DNA from: Deinococcus radiodurans R1 = ATCC 13939 = DSM 20539 | GTDB taxonomy: Bacteria > Deinococcota > Deinococci > Deinococcales > Deinococcaceae | DNA: 26,390 nt | Direction: 5' to 3' | Assembly: GCF_000008565.1 (NCBI RefSeq) | Contig: NC_001263.1 | Coordinates: forward strand, 1,308,027-1,334,416 | Shown here: piece after piece, positions 1 to 8,447 of the stretch | Numbering within the stretch: position 1 is the first letter of the stretch | Layout of the letters: every line of letters starts with the position of its first letter | Program-made: the position numbers and the translations under genes | Notes under the pieces: generated by a model | Told to the model about the DNA's origin: nothing | The model's database searches: none | The model's input: the letters and a program-made list of their open reading frames with translations, nothing else

Positions 1-222
1 GCAGTGGAAAAAAATACAGTTTTAAGGAGATGGACGGGCATCCGGCGCCTCTTCCGGATGTTCGGGAATCGGATGAAAGCCGTATGAGTGGTCCATGCGG
101 CGCTGCCGTGGCTTTAGAATCCGGGGTGTGATGAAGGTCAGAACCCCAAACCGGAGGACAGGCCGATAACCGGCGTCGTCTTTAAGGGCAAACGCACCCG
201 CGAGCTGTCGGCCGACGCCGCC

Positions 223-1311
223 GTGAGCGTGGTGGACGTGTTCAAGAGCTACCGCAATGCGGCGGGCGCCGAGACGCCGGTGCTGAAAGACATCGACCTC
301 GACATCCGGCGCGGCGAGTTTTTCAGCTTGTTGGGGCCGTCGGGCTGCGGCAAGACCACGCTCTTGCGGATTCTGGCGGGCTTCGAGCAGGCCGATTCGG
401 GCGCGGTGGTCATCGGTGGGCGCGACATGACCGGCATTCCGGCGCACCGCCGTCCGGTCAACACCGTGTTTCAAAGCTACGCGCTGTTTCCGCATCTGTC
501 GGTGGCCGACAATGTGGCCTTTGGCCTCAAGCAAAAAGGCGTGCGCGGTGCGGAGTTGCGCCAACGGGTCGAGCGGGCGATGGAAACGGTGCAGATTGGA
601 CAGTTCGGCAACCGCAAGCCCGACCAGCTCTCGGGCGGGCAGCGGCAACGGGTGGCCCTCGCCCGCGCCATCGTCAACCAGCCGGAAGTGCTGCTGCTGG
701 ACGAACCTCTTTCGGCGCTCGACCTCAAGCTGCGCAAGCAGTTGCAGGTGGAACTGAGCAATTTGCAGGAAGACCTCGGCATCACCTTCGTGTTCGTGAC
801 CCACGACCAGGAAGAAGCGCTGGTCATGAGTGACCGCATCGCCGTGATGAACCAGGGCCGCATCGAGCAACTCGGGCGCGCCGAGGACCTCTACGAGCGC
901 CCGCGCACCGCCTTTGTCGCCAACTTTCTGGGCAGCTCCAACCTGCTCGCGGGCCGGGTCGCCGAGCTGCACGGCACCGAGGCCACCGTCCAGACCGAGT
1001 TCGGCCCGCTGCGGACCCTGCACGGCGCAGGCCTGAGCGTGGGCCAGGAAGTCACGCTGAGTATTCGCCCGGAAAAACTTCGCATGGAGCGCGACGACGA
1101 AACCGAGGGCAACGAGGTGCGCGCCCGGGTGGACGACATCGTGTACACCGGCGCCGAGAACCAGTATCTGCTCGAAGCACATGGGCAGCGACTGGTGGCC
1201 TTCCAGCTCAATGCCGACATCGGGGCCGACGAGGACTTCGACTACGACGAGGAAGTGGCGCTGTACCTGCCGCCCGCGAGCTTGGTTGTGCTGGAGGAGG
1301 GGGAAGCATGA
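223..1311 (+). CDS. potA: Spermidine/putrescine-type ABC transporter ATP-binding subunit with a C-terminal TOBE-like domain
   Basis: 362-aa ORF. Walker A GPSGCGKTT, ABC signature LSGGQRQRVALARA, Walker B LLLDEPLSALD, H-loop VTHDQ. GTG 223 is the most upstream start in the ORF (alternative GTGs at 229/232/238). It is followed by two permease genes and a PotD-like binding protein. Confidence 0.92.
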   Translation: MSVVDVFKSYRNAAGAETPVLKDIDLDIRRGEFFSLLGPSGCGKTTLLRILAGFEQADSGAVVIGGRDMTGIPAHRRPVNTVFQSYALFPHLSVADNVAFGLKQKGVRGAELRQRVERAMETVQIGQFGNRKPDQLSGGQRQRVALARAIVNQPEVLLLDEPLSALDLKLRKQLQVELSNLQEDLGITFVFVTHDQEEALVMSDRIAVMNQGRIEQLGRAEDLYERPRTAFVANFLGSSNLLAGRVAELHGTEATVQTEFGPLRTLHGAGLSVGQEVTLSIRPEKLRMERDDETEGNEVRARVDDIVYTGAENQYLLEAHGQRLVAFQLNADIGADEDFDYDEEVALYLPPASLVVLEEGEA

Positions 1312-1333
1312 GGAGAGATGATGGTCTGGTGGT

Positions 1334-1442
1334 CCCCTCACCCCTTGCTTCGCAAGGCCCTCTCCCCTTGTGGGAGAGGGTCAGCCTTAGCCCTAAGCCG
1401 AAGCTGAATTTCTCCTCTCTCGTTATGGGGAGGGGTGAGGGG
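1334..1442. repeat. Nested-palindrome small non-coding repeat (SNR/MITE-like) in the potA-potB gap
   Basis: Perfect 12-bp terminal inverted repeat CCCCTCACCCCT (1334-1345) / AGGGGTGAGGGG (1431-1442). Internal hairpins are CCTTGC-ttc-GCAAGG (1343-1357) and CCCTCTCCC-cttgt-GGGAGAGGG (1358-1380), plus the palindrome CTTAG-cc-CTAAG (1386-1397). Confidence 0.7.
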
Positions 1443-1450
1443 GCCATTCC

Positions 1451-2269
1451 ATGAGGCGCTTTCTCGCCACCCTCGGCCCCGCCGTCCTGTGGCTCCTGGC
1501 CTTCCTGGTCGTGCCGTCGGTCATCATGTTCGGCTACTCGCTGCTCACACGCACCGACCTCGCGCAGGTGGGGCTGCCCTGGACGCTGGAAAACTGGCAA
1601 CGGGTCTTCGGCTACGACGCGCTGTTTCAGGAGTGGGTGCCCGACAACCTGCGGGTGCTGTGGCGCTCGCTGCTCGTCGCGGCGGGAACCACGCTGCTGT
1701 GCGTGCTGATGGGCTATCCGCTCGCCTTCTACATCGCCCGGCAGGACGCGCGGCACAAAAATCTGCTGCTTCTCCTGCTGATTATCCCGTTCTGGACGAA
1801 CTTCCTGATTCGGGTCTACGCCTGGATTCTGATTTTGCGGCCCTTCGACCTCGTGCCCAGCCTGACCGCCACTTTCCTGGGCATGGTGTACGCGCTGGTG
1901 CCGTTTTTCGTGCTGCCGGTGTATTCCAGCGTGGAAAAGGTGGACTGGCGACTGCTCGAAGCGGCGCAGGATCTCGGCGCGACCCCGGCGCGGGCCTTCC
2001 TGACCGGCGTGTTTCCGCAGACGCTGCCGGGGCTGGTGGCGGGCGTGCTGCTCACCTTCATTCCAGCGCTCGGCATGTTCGTGGTGTCGGACATCCTCGG
2101 CGGCGCGAAGACGGCCCTGATCGGCAACCTGATCCAGAACCAGTTCGGGCAGGCGGGCGACTGGCCCTACGGCTCGGCGCTGAGCTTCCTGCTGATGGGC
2201 GTGGTGCTGCTGGGGCTGTGGCTCTACGCCCGCCTCGCTGGGGAAAAGGGCCTGGAGGAACTGGTATGA
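1451..2269 (+). CDS. potB: Polyamine ABC transporter permease (PotB-like)
   Basis: 272-aa multi-TM ORF with the binding-protein-dependent permease EAA loop (LLEAAQDLGATPARAF). Purine tract GAGGGGG lies 7 nt upstream of the ATG. Operon context supports the call. Confidence 0.9.
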   Translation: MRRFLATLGPAVLWLLAFLVVPSVIMFGYSLLTRTDLAQVGLPWTLENWQRVFGYDALFQEWVPDNLRVLWRSLLVAAGTTLLCVLMGYPLAFYIARQDARHKNLLLLLLIIPFWTNFLIRVYAWILILRPFDLVPSLTATFLGMVYALVPFFVLPVYSSVEKVDWRLLEAAQDLGATPARAFLTGVFPQTLPGLVAGVLLTFIPALGMFVVSDILGGAKTALIGNLIQNQFGQAGDWPYGSALSFLLMGVVLLGLWLYARLAGEKGLEELV

Positions 2270-2302
2270 GGGTGACTCGCTGTGCTCGTTGTCTCACGGT
2301 CG

Positions 2303-2357
2303 AAGGGTCTAAAGGTCTAAGAGCTTCAGCACCCGCTTTCCTTAGACCCTTAGACTC
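2303..2357. repeat. Imperfect 17-bp inverted repeat built from tandem GTCTAAG-like units, in the potB-potC gap
   Basis: Left arm GGGTCTAAAGGTCTAAG (2305-2321). Right arm CTTAGACCCTTAGACTC (2341-2357), whose reverse complement is GAGTCTAAGGGTCTAAG. The arms match at 15/17 positions and are separated by a 19-nt spacer. Confidence 0.6.
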
Positions 2358-2393
2358 TCGGACCCTGAGCCGCCATGTCCCCAGAGGCGGCCT

Positions 2394-3206
2394 ATGACCC
2401 GCCGCACCCATCCCCTCCTGAGCCTCTGGGCCTGGCTCACCTACGCCTTTCTGTACTTGCCTATCCTCGTCCTGATCGTCTTTTCCTTCAACGATTCCAA
2501 GTTCGGGGCGACCTGGCAGGGCTTTACGACGAAGTGGTACTCGGTGCTGTTCGCCCGCCCCGACGTGCGCGAGGCGGTCACGAACACCCTGCTCGTCGCG
2601 GTGGGCAGCACAGCCGTCGCTACGGTGCTGGGCACGCTGGTCGGTTTCGGGCTGTGGCGCGGCGGCTTTCGCGGGCGGCTGCCGCTGACCTTCCTGCTCG
2701 TCATGCCCATCGTGATTCCCGACGTGGTGATGGGCGTCATGCTGCTGATGTTCTACGCGCTGGTGCGCGGGCTGCTGGAGCGCACCGGCTGGACCTTCGA
2801 GAACGGCTTCTGGACCGTGATGCTGGCGCACGTGACCTTTCAGCTCAGCTACGTGGCGCTCAACGTGCGCTCGCGGCTGGCGGGCTACGGGCGCGAACTG
2901 GAAGAAGCCGCCGCCGACCTGGGCGCCACGCCGGTGCAGTCGTTCTTTCAGGTGATTTTGCCGCTCGCGCTGCCCGGCGTGCTCTCGGGGGCGCTGCTGG
3001 CGTTTACCCTGAGCCTCGACGACTTCGTGGTCACGTATTTTACCAGCGGCTCGGGCTTCAAGACGCTGCCGGTGCTGATCTACACCTCGGTCAAAAAGGG
3101 TGTGACGCCCGACATCAACGCGCTTTCGGCGATGCTGGTGCTGTTCACGGTGCTGCTGCTGGTCATGGGCAACGTGCTCTCGCAGCCCCGGCGGAGGGAA
3201 GAATGA
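2394..3206 (+). CDS. potC: Polyamine ABC transporter permease (PotC-like)
   Basis: 270-aa multi-TM ORF with EAA loop LEEAAADLGATPVQSF. AGAGG lies 6 nt upstream of the ATG. The stop overlaps the potD start (ATGA at 3203-3206). Confidence 0.9.
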   Translation: MTRRTHPLLSLWAWLTYAFLYLPILVLIVFSFNDSKFGATWQGFTTKWYSVLFARPDVREAVTNTLLVAVGSTAVATVLGTLVGFGLWRGGFRGRLPLTFLLVMPIVIPDVVMGVMLLMFYALVRGLLERTGWTFENGFWTVMLAHVTFQLSYVALNVRSRLAGYGRELEEAAADLGATPVQSFFQVILPLALPGVLSGALLAFTLSLDDFVVTYFTSGSGFKTLPVLIYTSVKKGVTPDINALSAMLVLFTVLLLVMGNVLSQPRRREE

Positions 3207-4309
3207 AACGCTCGCTCCCCTTCGTGCTTTGCCTGCTGCTCACCGCCTGCCACCGTATCGAGCCGCAGGACAGCGCCGCCGAGGGCAACGGCACGACCAC
3301 GCCCGCCCCACAAAGCCGCGACGACGGCAAGACGCTGCGCATCTTCATGTGGTCGGAGTACATCGACCCGGCGGTGGTTAGGGCCTTCGAGAAGCAAAAC
3401 GGCGTGCGCGTCGTCATCGACACCTATGAGAGCAACGAGGCGATGCTCGCCAAATTGCAGGGCGGCGGCGCAAGTTACGACCTCGCCACGCCGAGCAATT
3501 ACGTCATCCAGACCATGCTGCGCGCCAAGCTGCTGCAACCGCTCGAAAAGGAGCAGCTCCGCAACTTCGGCAACGTGGCCGCCGGGTTCGTCAATCCGCC
3601 GTTCGACCCCGGCAACATCTACACCGTGCCCTACCAGTTCGCGGCCACCGGGCTGGCGTACAACTCGGGGCGCTACGTGCCGCCCGCCGAGGACTGGGGC
3701 TTGATTTTCGGCCCTGAGGACAAGGTCAAATTTGCCCTGCTCGACGACCCCCGCGAGGTCATCGGCGCCGCCCTGAAGTACCTGGGCTACTCGGTCAACA
3801 CCGAAAAGGTGGACGAATTGCGCGCCGCACGCAACCTGCTGCGGCGCACCGTGCAAAAGCGCGGCTTCGAGTCGTTCGCGGGCGGCCCCGAGATTCGCAA
3901 CAAACTGCTCTCGGGCAGCATCGACCTCGGGCAAATTTACGTGGGCGACCTGCTCGCCGGAGCCGCCGAAGACCCGCACCTCAAGGTCTTTTTGCCCCGC
4001 CCGGGCACCACCATTTCCACCGACCTGCTGGCGCTGCTGCGCGGCAGCCCGAACCCCGCCCTGGCGCGCAAGTTCATCGACTTCGTGCTGGAGCCGAAAA
4101 ACAGTGCCGCCATCTCCAACTATACCTACTACGGCAACCCCAACCGCGCCGCACAGCCGCTGCTCGACCCCTTCCTGAAGTCGCAAAAAGCGTTCAGCCC
4201 CAGCGACGACGACTTCCGCACGGGCCGCGTCGAGTTCATCAACGAGCTGCCACAGGGGCGCGTGCCCCGGCTCTACGACCGCATCTGGACCGAACTCAAG
4301 AGCCGCTGA
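3203..4309 (+). CDS. potD: Spermidine/putrescine-binding periplasmic lipoprotein (PotD/PotF family)
   Basis: Internal ATG at 3203 of the over-long ORF 2375..4309. The N-terminus MKRSLPFVLCLLLTAC is a lipoprotein signal with lipobox LTAC. LRIFMWSEYIDP...YESNEAMLAKL...YDLATPSNY is typical of PotD/PotF binding proteins. The start is translationally coupled to potC. Confidence 0.9.
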   Translation: MKRSLPFVLCLLLTACHRIEPQDSAAEGNGTTTPAPQSRDDGKTLRIFMWSEYIDPAVVRAFEKQNGVRVVIDTYESNEAMLAKLQGGGASYDLATPSNYVIQTMLRAKLLQPLEKEQLRNFGNVAAGFVNPPFDPGNIYTVPYQFAATGLAYNSGRYVPPAEDWGLIFGPEDKVKFALLDDPREVIGAALKYLGYSVNTEKVDELRAARNLLRRTVQKRGFESFAGGPEIRNKLLSGSIDLGQIYVGDLLAGAAEDPHLKVFLPRPGTTISTDLLALLRGSPNPALARKFIDFVLEPKNSAAISNYTYYGNPNRAAQPLLDPFLKSQKAFSPSDDDFRTGRVEFINELPQGRVPRLYDRIWTELKSR

Positions 4310-4314
4310 AGCAT

Positions 4315-4351
4315 AAAAAAGGCCGCCCCGACTCGCTAGAGTGGGGCGGCC
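4315..4351. terminator. Intrinsic terminator between convergent potD and the lipoprotein gene
   Basis: Stem GGCCGCCCC (4321-4329) pairs with GGGGCGGCC (4343-4351). The A6 run at 4315-4320 is a U-tract for the minus-strand transcript. For potD it is a hairpin without a U-tract. Confidence 0.75.
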
Positions 4352-4365
4352 TGCCGTGCTGTGGC

Positions 4366-5073
4366 TCAGCTCTTGTTGACGCTGCCCGCAAACAGCTTGG
4401 TGTCGCGGAAAACGACATTGCCAGCAGGCAGGTCGGTCATCTTGTAAGAGGTGACGGCGTTGTTGCCCGCACCGATGTTCTCCTCGACGACGTTCCAGCC
4501 CGCCTTGAGGTTGAGGTCCGCCGAGATGCGGCAGGTGTCGGTGGGCGTGATTTTAACCTGGGCGTCCTGCTTGGCGAAAACGCGCACCCGCTTGACCGAC
4601 GCTTCGCCCTCCGCGCCGCTGTCGGTCTTGTTGAAGTAGTCGCGGCCATTGTTGACCCCGTGCACGTAGCGCACCACAAAAAACTGGTTGCCCTTCGGAG
4701 CGGTGACCGCAGCCGCGTCGAAGCAGCCGAACGCTTCGCCCGCGCCTTGCAAGTCTTCGAACTGGTTCATGGTGGCGGCGTCCGGCAGCGTCAGAGTAAA
4801 GCGGCCTTCGCTGTCCACCGCCGCCTGCAAGTCGCGCAGGGCGGGCACGTTGCTCTGGCGCAGGGCTTCCACGTTCACGGCTGTGGGCAGGTCCTGATTC
4901 ACCGACGCGGGCGCGTCCTGTTTGGGCTTGATTTGGCCCATGATGACGCGGGCGTCCCCGGACGTAGGCTCGGGCTGCTGCGGGTCGGGGGTTTCCCCAC
5001 CGCCGCAGGAGGCGAGCAGCAACGCCCCGCTCAGAAAGGCGGCGCTGAGGGTCCATCGCTTGGATTGAGTCAT
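4366..5073 (-). CDS. Hypothetical lipoprotein (no family recognised)
   Basis: 235-aa ORF. N-terminus MTQSKRWTLSAAFLSGALLLASCGGG has lipobox LASC. GC3-rich codon usage is consistent with the host genome, and a terminator lies downstream. Confidence 0.6.
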   Translation of the reverse strand: MTQSKRWTLSAAFLSGALLLASCGGGETPDPQQPEPTSGDARVIMGQIKPKQDAPASVNQDLPTAVNVEALRQSNVPALRDLQAAVDSEGRFTLTLPDAATMNQFEDLQGAGEAFGCFDAAAVTAPKGNQFFVVRYVHGVNNGRDYFNKTDSGAEGEASVKRVRVFAKQDAQVKITPTDTCRISADLNLKAGWNVVEENIGAGNNAVTSYKMTDLPAGNVVFRDTKLFAGSVNKS

Positions 5074-5203
5074 GCCCCGATGCTGCGGCCTGGGTGGGGG
5101 CGAAGTGTTGGCGTTTTCCTTGAGTGGCCTGGACCACTTTTCTCACCTTTCGTCAGACGGGCCGCTCCACCACGCACAGCGCCGCAGGTGTACCCTCGCC
5201 TGC

Positions 5204-6448
5204 GTGACTGCCGCGCCCGTGACTCCGCCGACCGCTCCGACCCCGTTTCGCCTCTCCGCCGCGCAATTTGGCCTGATTGCCGTGACCACGCTGATGTGGG
5301 GCGGGTTTTTCCTGGTCATTCCGCTGGTCACGGTGCATTTCGTGGACAACCTGGGCTGGGCGGCGGCGAGCGTGGGGCTGGTGCTGGGGCTGCGGCAACT
5401 CACGCAGCAGGGGCTGACCGTGTTCGGGGGCGCCTGGGCCGACCGCATCGGCCCCAAGCCGCTGATTCTGGCGGGCTGCCTCATTCGCACGCTCGGCTTC
5501 GGGTGGATGGGCTTCGCGTCCTCACTGCCCGAGCTGCTCGGGGCGTCGCTGCTGGCGGGCATCGGCGGCGGGCTGTTCGACGCGCCCAAAAGTTCGGCCA
5601 TCACCGCCGTGACGCCGCCCGAGCACCGGCCCCGCATGTTCAGTCTGGTCAGCATTGCCGGGAACCTCGGCATGGTCACCGGCCCGCTGCTGGGGGCGTG
5701 GCTGATTGCGCTGGGCTTTCAGCGGGCGTCGCTCATCGCGGCGAGTGCGTACATCGTGGCCTTCGTGCTGCTCGCCGTGACCCTGCCGCGCCTGAAACCC
5801 GAGCGGACGCCCGCCGATACCTTTTCGGGCCTCAAGGTGGCGCTGCATGACCGGGCCTTTCGCAATTTCACGCTGGTGCTCGGCGGTTACTTTCTGCTCA
5901 GCACGCAGCTCAACGTGGCGGTCACGCTCAAGGCGGTCGAACTCGCCGGGCAGGGCGCGACGGCCCCGCTCTACGGCCTCTCGGCGGGGCTCTCAGTGGT
6001 GTTGCAGTATCCGCTGCTGCGGCTTGCCGAACGCTACCTACGCGTGCGGGTGGTCCTTGTCGGCGCGGTGGTGCTGGTCGCCGTCGCCCTGGGGCTGATG
6101 GGCCTGGCGCAGACGTTCCCGCAACTGCTCGCCTGCGTGGTGCTTTACAGCTTAGGCACCATGCTGGTCTTTCCCATGCAGCAGACGCTGACGGCGCGCC
6201 TCGCCCCCGAGGGGCTGGTCGGCAGCTATTTCGGCTTCTCGGCCATCAGCCTGGGCCTCGGCGGGGCGGTGGGCAACTTTGTGGGCGGCGCCCTCGTGGA
6301 CGCTGGGCACCGCCTGCACTTCGACCTCTTGCCCTGGCTCACGCTGCTGCTCGTCGGGCTGGCGACGGCGGCGGGCCTGCGGGTCGTGCTGCGCGACGTA
6401 CCCACCCGTGAAGAAATGGAAGCCCGGCAACGTCAGGCGGGGGCCTGA
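5204..6448 (+). CDS. MFS transporter
   Basis: Multi-TM ORF with MFS motif A-like GGAWADRIGPKPLIL. The ORF opens at 5072, but the first ~44 codons are not membrane-like and begin right at the start codon of the divergent lipoprotein gene (2-nt overlap with its 5' end). GTG 5204 (or GTG 5219) is the likelier start, so the start is uncertain. Confidence 0.8.
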   Translation: MTAAPVTPPTAPTPFRLSAAQFGLIAVTTLMWGGFFLVIPLVTVHFVDNLGWAAASVGLVLGLRQLTQQGLTVFGGAWADRIGPKPLILAGCLIRTLGFGWMGFASSLPELLGASLLAGIGGGLFDAPKSSAITAVTPPEHRPRMFSLVSIAGNLGMVTGPLLGAWLIALGFQRASLIAASAYIVAFVLLAVTLPRLKPERTPADTFSGLKVALHDRAFRNFTLVLGGYFLLSTQLNVAVTLKAVELAGQGATAPLYGLSAGLSVVLQYPLLRLAERYLRVRVVLVGAVVLVAVALGLMGLAQTFPQLLACVVLYSLGTMLVFPMQQTLTARLAPEGLVGSYFGFSAISLGLGGAVGNFVGGALVDAGHRLHFDLLPWLTLLLVGLATAAGLRVVLRDVPTREEMEARQRQAGA

Positions 6449-6481
6449 AGCAGCCGGTGCTTTCGCAACTCTGGGAGAATA

Positions 6482-7825
6482 TTACTTGCGGTCCACCGCC
6501 AGCGTCGGCGCAGTGGAGAGGGCCGCAAGTCCGGCGCGCAGCAGCACGTCGTCGCCCTGGCTGAGGTGGCGCAGTTCGTCGTCCCCCTCGGGGCGCAGCT
6601 CGTCGGGGGTCACCCGCACCGGGTACGGCTGCCCGCCGGGTTTGACGTAGTGCGTCAGGGTGAGCTGCAAGGCGGCGCGTTCTCCCACCGGGAACACGCG
6701 GGTGGCGGTGTTGCCCACCCCGGCAGTCGTTTCTCCGATGACCGGGCCGCGCCGGGCGTACTGCACCTCGTAGGCGAAAAACTCGCTGCACGACGCGCTG
6801 ACTTCGTTGACGAGCACCGCGAGCGGCCCGGTCCACAGTTGCGGGCGGCGCACGCTGCCGCTCGATACGCCGTCTTCCAGCCGCCGGCCCTGCTGTACGG
6901 TGGTGCGGCTCTGTCCGTCGGCGTTCTGCGCCACCCGCGTGAACGAGGGCACGAAGGCGCCTACCGCGCTGTCGCACTCGCTGAGGCTGCCGCCGGTGTT
7001 GCCGCGCAGGTCCACGATGACGCCCTGCGCCCCGACCCGCTCCGCCTGATTCACCAGGTCATGGACGCGCTGCGCCACCCCGCCGCCGGTCAAAAAGGTC
7101 GGAATGCGAATAAGCGCCACATCACTGCGCGGCCCCACGAAACTCATACGCGGCAGGTCGCGGGTACTGCTCTCGCGGGCTTGCAGGCTGACCTCGAGCG
7201 GCTGCCCCTGACGTTCGATGCCGAGCCGCAGGAGGCGACCCTCGCGCCGCGCCTTTTGCAGGTCGCTGTAAGTGAAGGCGGCTCCGTCAATAGTCTTCAG
7301 CACGTCCCCGCGCCGCAGCCCGGCGCCCTCAGCGGCTCCCTCCGGCACCACTTCGAGGACGAGTCTGTTCTCACCATCGAACTTGGCGAGCTTGACCCCG
7401 AACTGCTGGCGGCTGCCCCCGGTGGCGCTCGTCACGAAGTCCTGATAGTCCTCGGGCGTCTGGAAAAAGCTGTGCTCGTCGCCCAGCGCCGTCAGCTCGG
7501 CTTCCAGCACCGGGTAAGCCTTGTCTTCCGGGCAGGTGCGTGGCTGCGGCGTGCACACCGCGTTCAGGCGCTGCTGGTACTCACGCGTGAGCGCTGGGCG
7601 ATTGACGGGAGAGAGGCCGCCATACCGCTCGTTGAGCAGCTCGTTGACCTCATCGAAAATCTGCTGCGCCGGGGCGTCGGCAGCAATGGCGGGAGCGGAG
7701 GGCACCGCCGCTGCTTGGGCAGGCGCCTGTACTCCTGGGGAGGTGGCCGCCACCGAAGACGGGGCCAGCAGCAGGGCGGAAAGCAGGCCCAGACGAGCCA
7801 GAGGACGCAGGGGGGCGAGTGGCAT
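6482..7825 (-). CDS. S41-family C-terminal processing peptidase with PDZ domain
   Basis: 447 aa with signal peptide MPLAPLRPLARLGLLSALLLAPSSVAA. PDZ-like GAGLRRGDVLKTIDG. S41 motifs VDLRGNTGGSL and LVNEVSASCSEFFA. Confidence 0.87.
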   Translation of the reverse strand: MPLAPLRPLARLGLLSALLLAPSSVAATSPGVQAPAQAAAVPSAPAIAADAPAQQIFDEVNELLNERYGGLSPVNRPALTREYQQRLNAVCTPQPRTCPEDKAYPVLEAELTALGDEHSFFQTPEDYQDFVTSATGGSRQQFGVKLAKFDGENRLVLEVVPEGAAEGAGLRRGDVLKTIDGAAFTYSDLQKARREGRLLRLGIERQGQPLEVSLQARESSTRDLPRMSFVGPRSDVALIRIPTFLTGGGVAQRVHDLVNQAERVGAQGVIVDLRGNTGGSLSECDSAVGAFVPSFTRVAQNADGQSRTTVQQGRRLEDGVSSGSVRRPQLWTGPLAVLVNEVSASCSEFFAYEVQYARRGPVIGETTAGVGNTATRVFPVGERAALQLTLTHYVKPGGQPYPVRVTPDELRPEGDDELRHLSQGDDVLLRAGLAALSTAPTLAVDRK

Positions 7826-7903
7826 GGTACGCCGTATTCTGCGCCGCGCACATGGGAAAAAGGTGGGATGCGAAGGCCACCAAAATCACAAATTCGGGGC
7901 ACG

Positions 7904-7931
7904 AAAAAACCGCCCCCGGTGTGGGAGGCGG
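7904..7931 (-). terminator. Intrinsic terminator of rpsT
   Basis: The minus-strand transcript reads CCGCCTCC-cacac-CGGGGGCGG followed by TTTTTT (plus-strand A6 at 7904-9). It lies 22 nt downstream of the rpsT stop. Confidence 0.75.
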
Positions 7932-7952
7932 TCAGGCGCAAAACGCTGAAAT

Positions 7953-8231
7953 TCAGGCCTGCTGCGCGGCCTTGGCCTTGTTGATGGCCTTGGCGAGGCG
8001 GCTCTTCTTGCGAGCGGCGGCGTTCTTGTGCAGGGTGCTGCCCTTGGCGGCCTTGTCGATCAGGCTTTCGGCGCGCTGCTGCATGGCGGTGGCGTCTTCG
8101 GCGCCTCCCTGGGCAGCAACGAGGGCCTTCTTGCTGAAGGTCTTGATGGTGCTCTTCTTGGCGCGGTTGATCGCGCGGCGCTTGAGGCTCTGACGGTGAC
8201 GCTTCTGGGCAGACTTGTGACGAAGGGCCAT
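7953..8231 (-). CDS. rpsT: 30S ribosomal protein S20
   Basis: 92 aa. [31 protein letters not shown] is the canonical S20 N-terminus. AAGGAG lies 7 nt upstream of the ATG. Confidence 0.95.
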   Translation of the reverse strand: MALRHKSAQKRHRQSLKRRAINRAKKSTIKTFSKKALVAAQGGAEDATAMQQRAESLIDKAAKGSTLHKNAAARKKSRLAKAINKAKAAQQA

Positions 8232-8447
8232 AATTGTTTCTCCTTTTTCACCCGCTCACGCGGGGCGGTCCTCCCCGGCTGGCGGGGGAACTCGAGCGTC
8301 CGAGACTGACGGGGTCAGCTGGCGCGTCCGGCAGCGCTGTCACGCCGGGCCGGAGCCGCCCACCAAAGACGGTAGGCAACTTTGCCAGTATGCGGGAGGC
8401 GGCCCTGGCAGGTCAAGCGCTCCAGCTCAGGCGGCATACTGCCGGTT

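Noticed and set aside
30-131. 33-codon ORF (MDGHPAPLPDVRESDESRMSGPCGAAVALESGV*) next to AAGGAG at 24-29.
   Set aside because: The SD abuts the ATG with zero spacing. The ORF has no signal or TM features and only weak GC3 bias, and it is not distinguishable from chance.
22-1341. Long ORFs antisense to, or out of frame with, recognisable genes. Examples are 22..1341(-), 2058..2831(-), 3080..4186(-), 4660..5850(+), 6566..7984(+), 9309..10040(+), 10387..11187(-), 11571..12320(-), 12374..13363(-), 13264..14976(-), 15326..16084(-), 17918..19708(+), 19497..21344(+), 21422..22111(+), 23458..24309(-) and 24387..25643(-).
   Set aside because: All are Arg/Ala/Gly/Pro/His-rich with no recognisable motifs. 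Each lies opposite or out of frame to an ORF with clear family signatures. Stop-codon-poor alternative frames are expected at this GC content.
1321-1407. 28-codon ORF inside the potA-potB repeat element (MVWWSPHPLLRKALSPCGRGSALALSRS*), preceded by AGGAG at 1311-1315.
   Set aside because: The 'SPCGRG'-type peptide is the usual translation artefact of GC-rich palindromic repeats. The reading frame is dictated by the hairpins rather than by coding constraint.
2375-3202. 5' extensions of true genes in the ORF track: potD from 2375, PRC-barrel gene from 11073, truB ORF up to 21257, secreted protein up to 18143, acyl-CoA dehydrogenase from 15428, MFS from 5072.
   Set aside because: The extensions overlap upstream genes or are Arg/Gly-rich. 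Internal ATGs give canonical N-termini (signal peptides, lipoboxes, family-typical starts), often with an SD.
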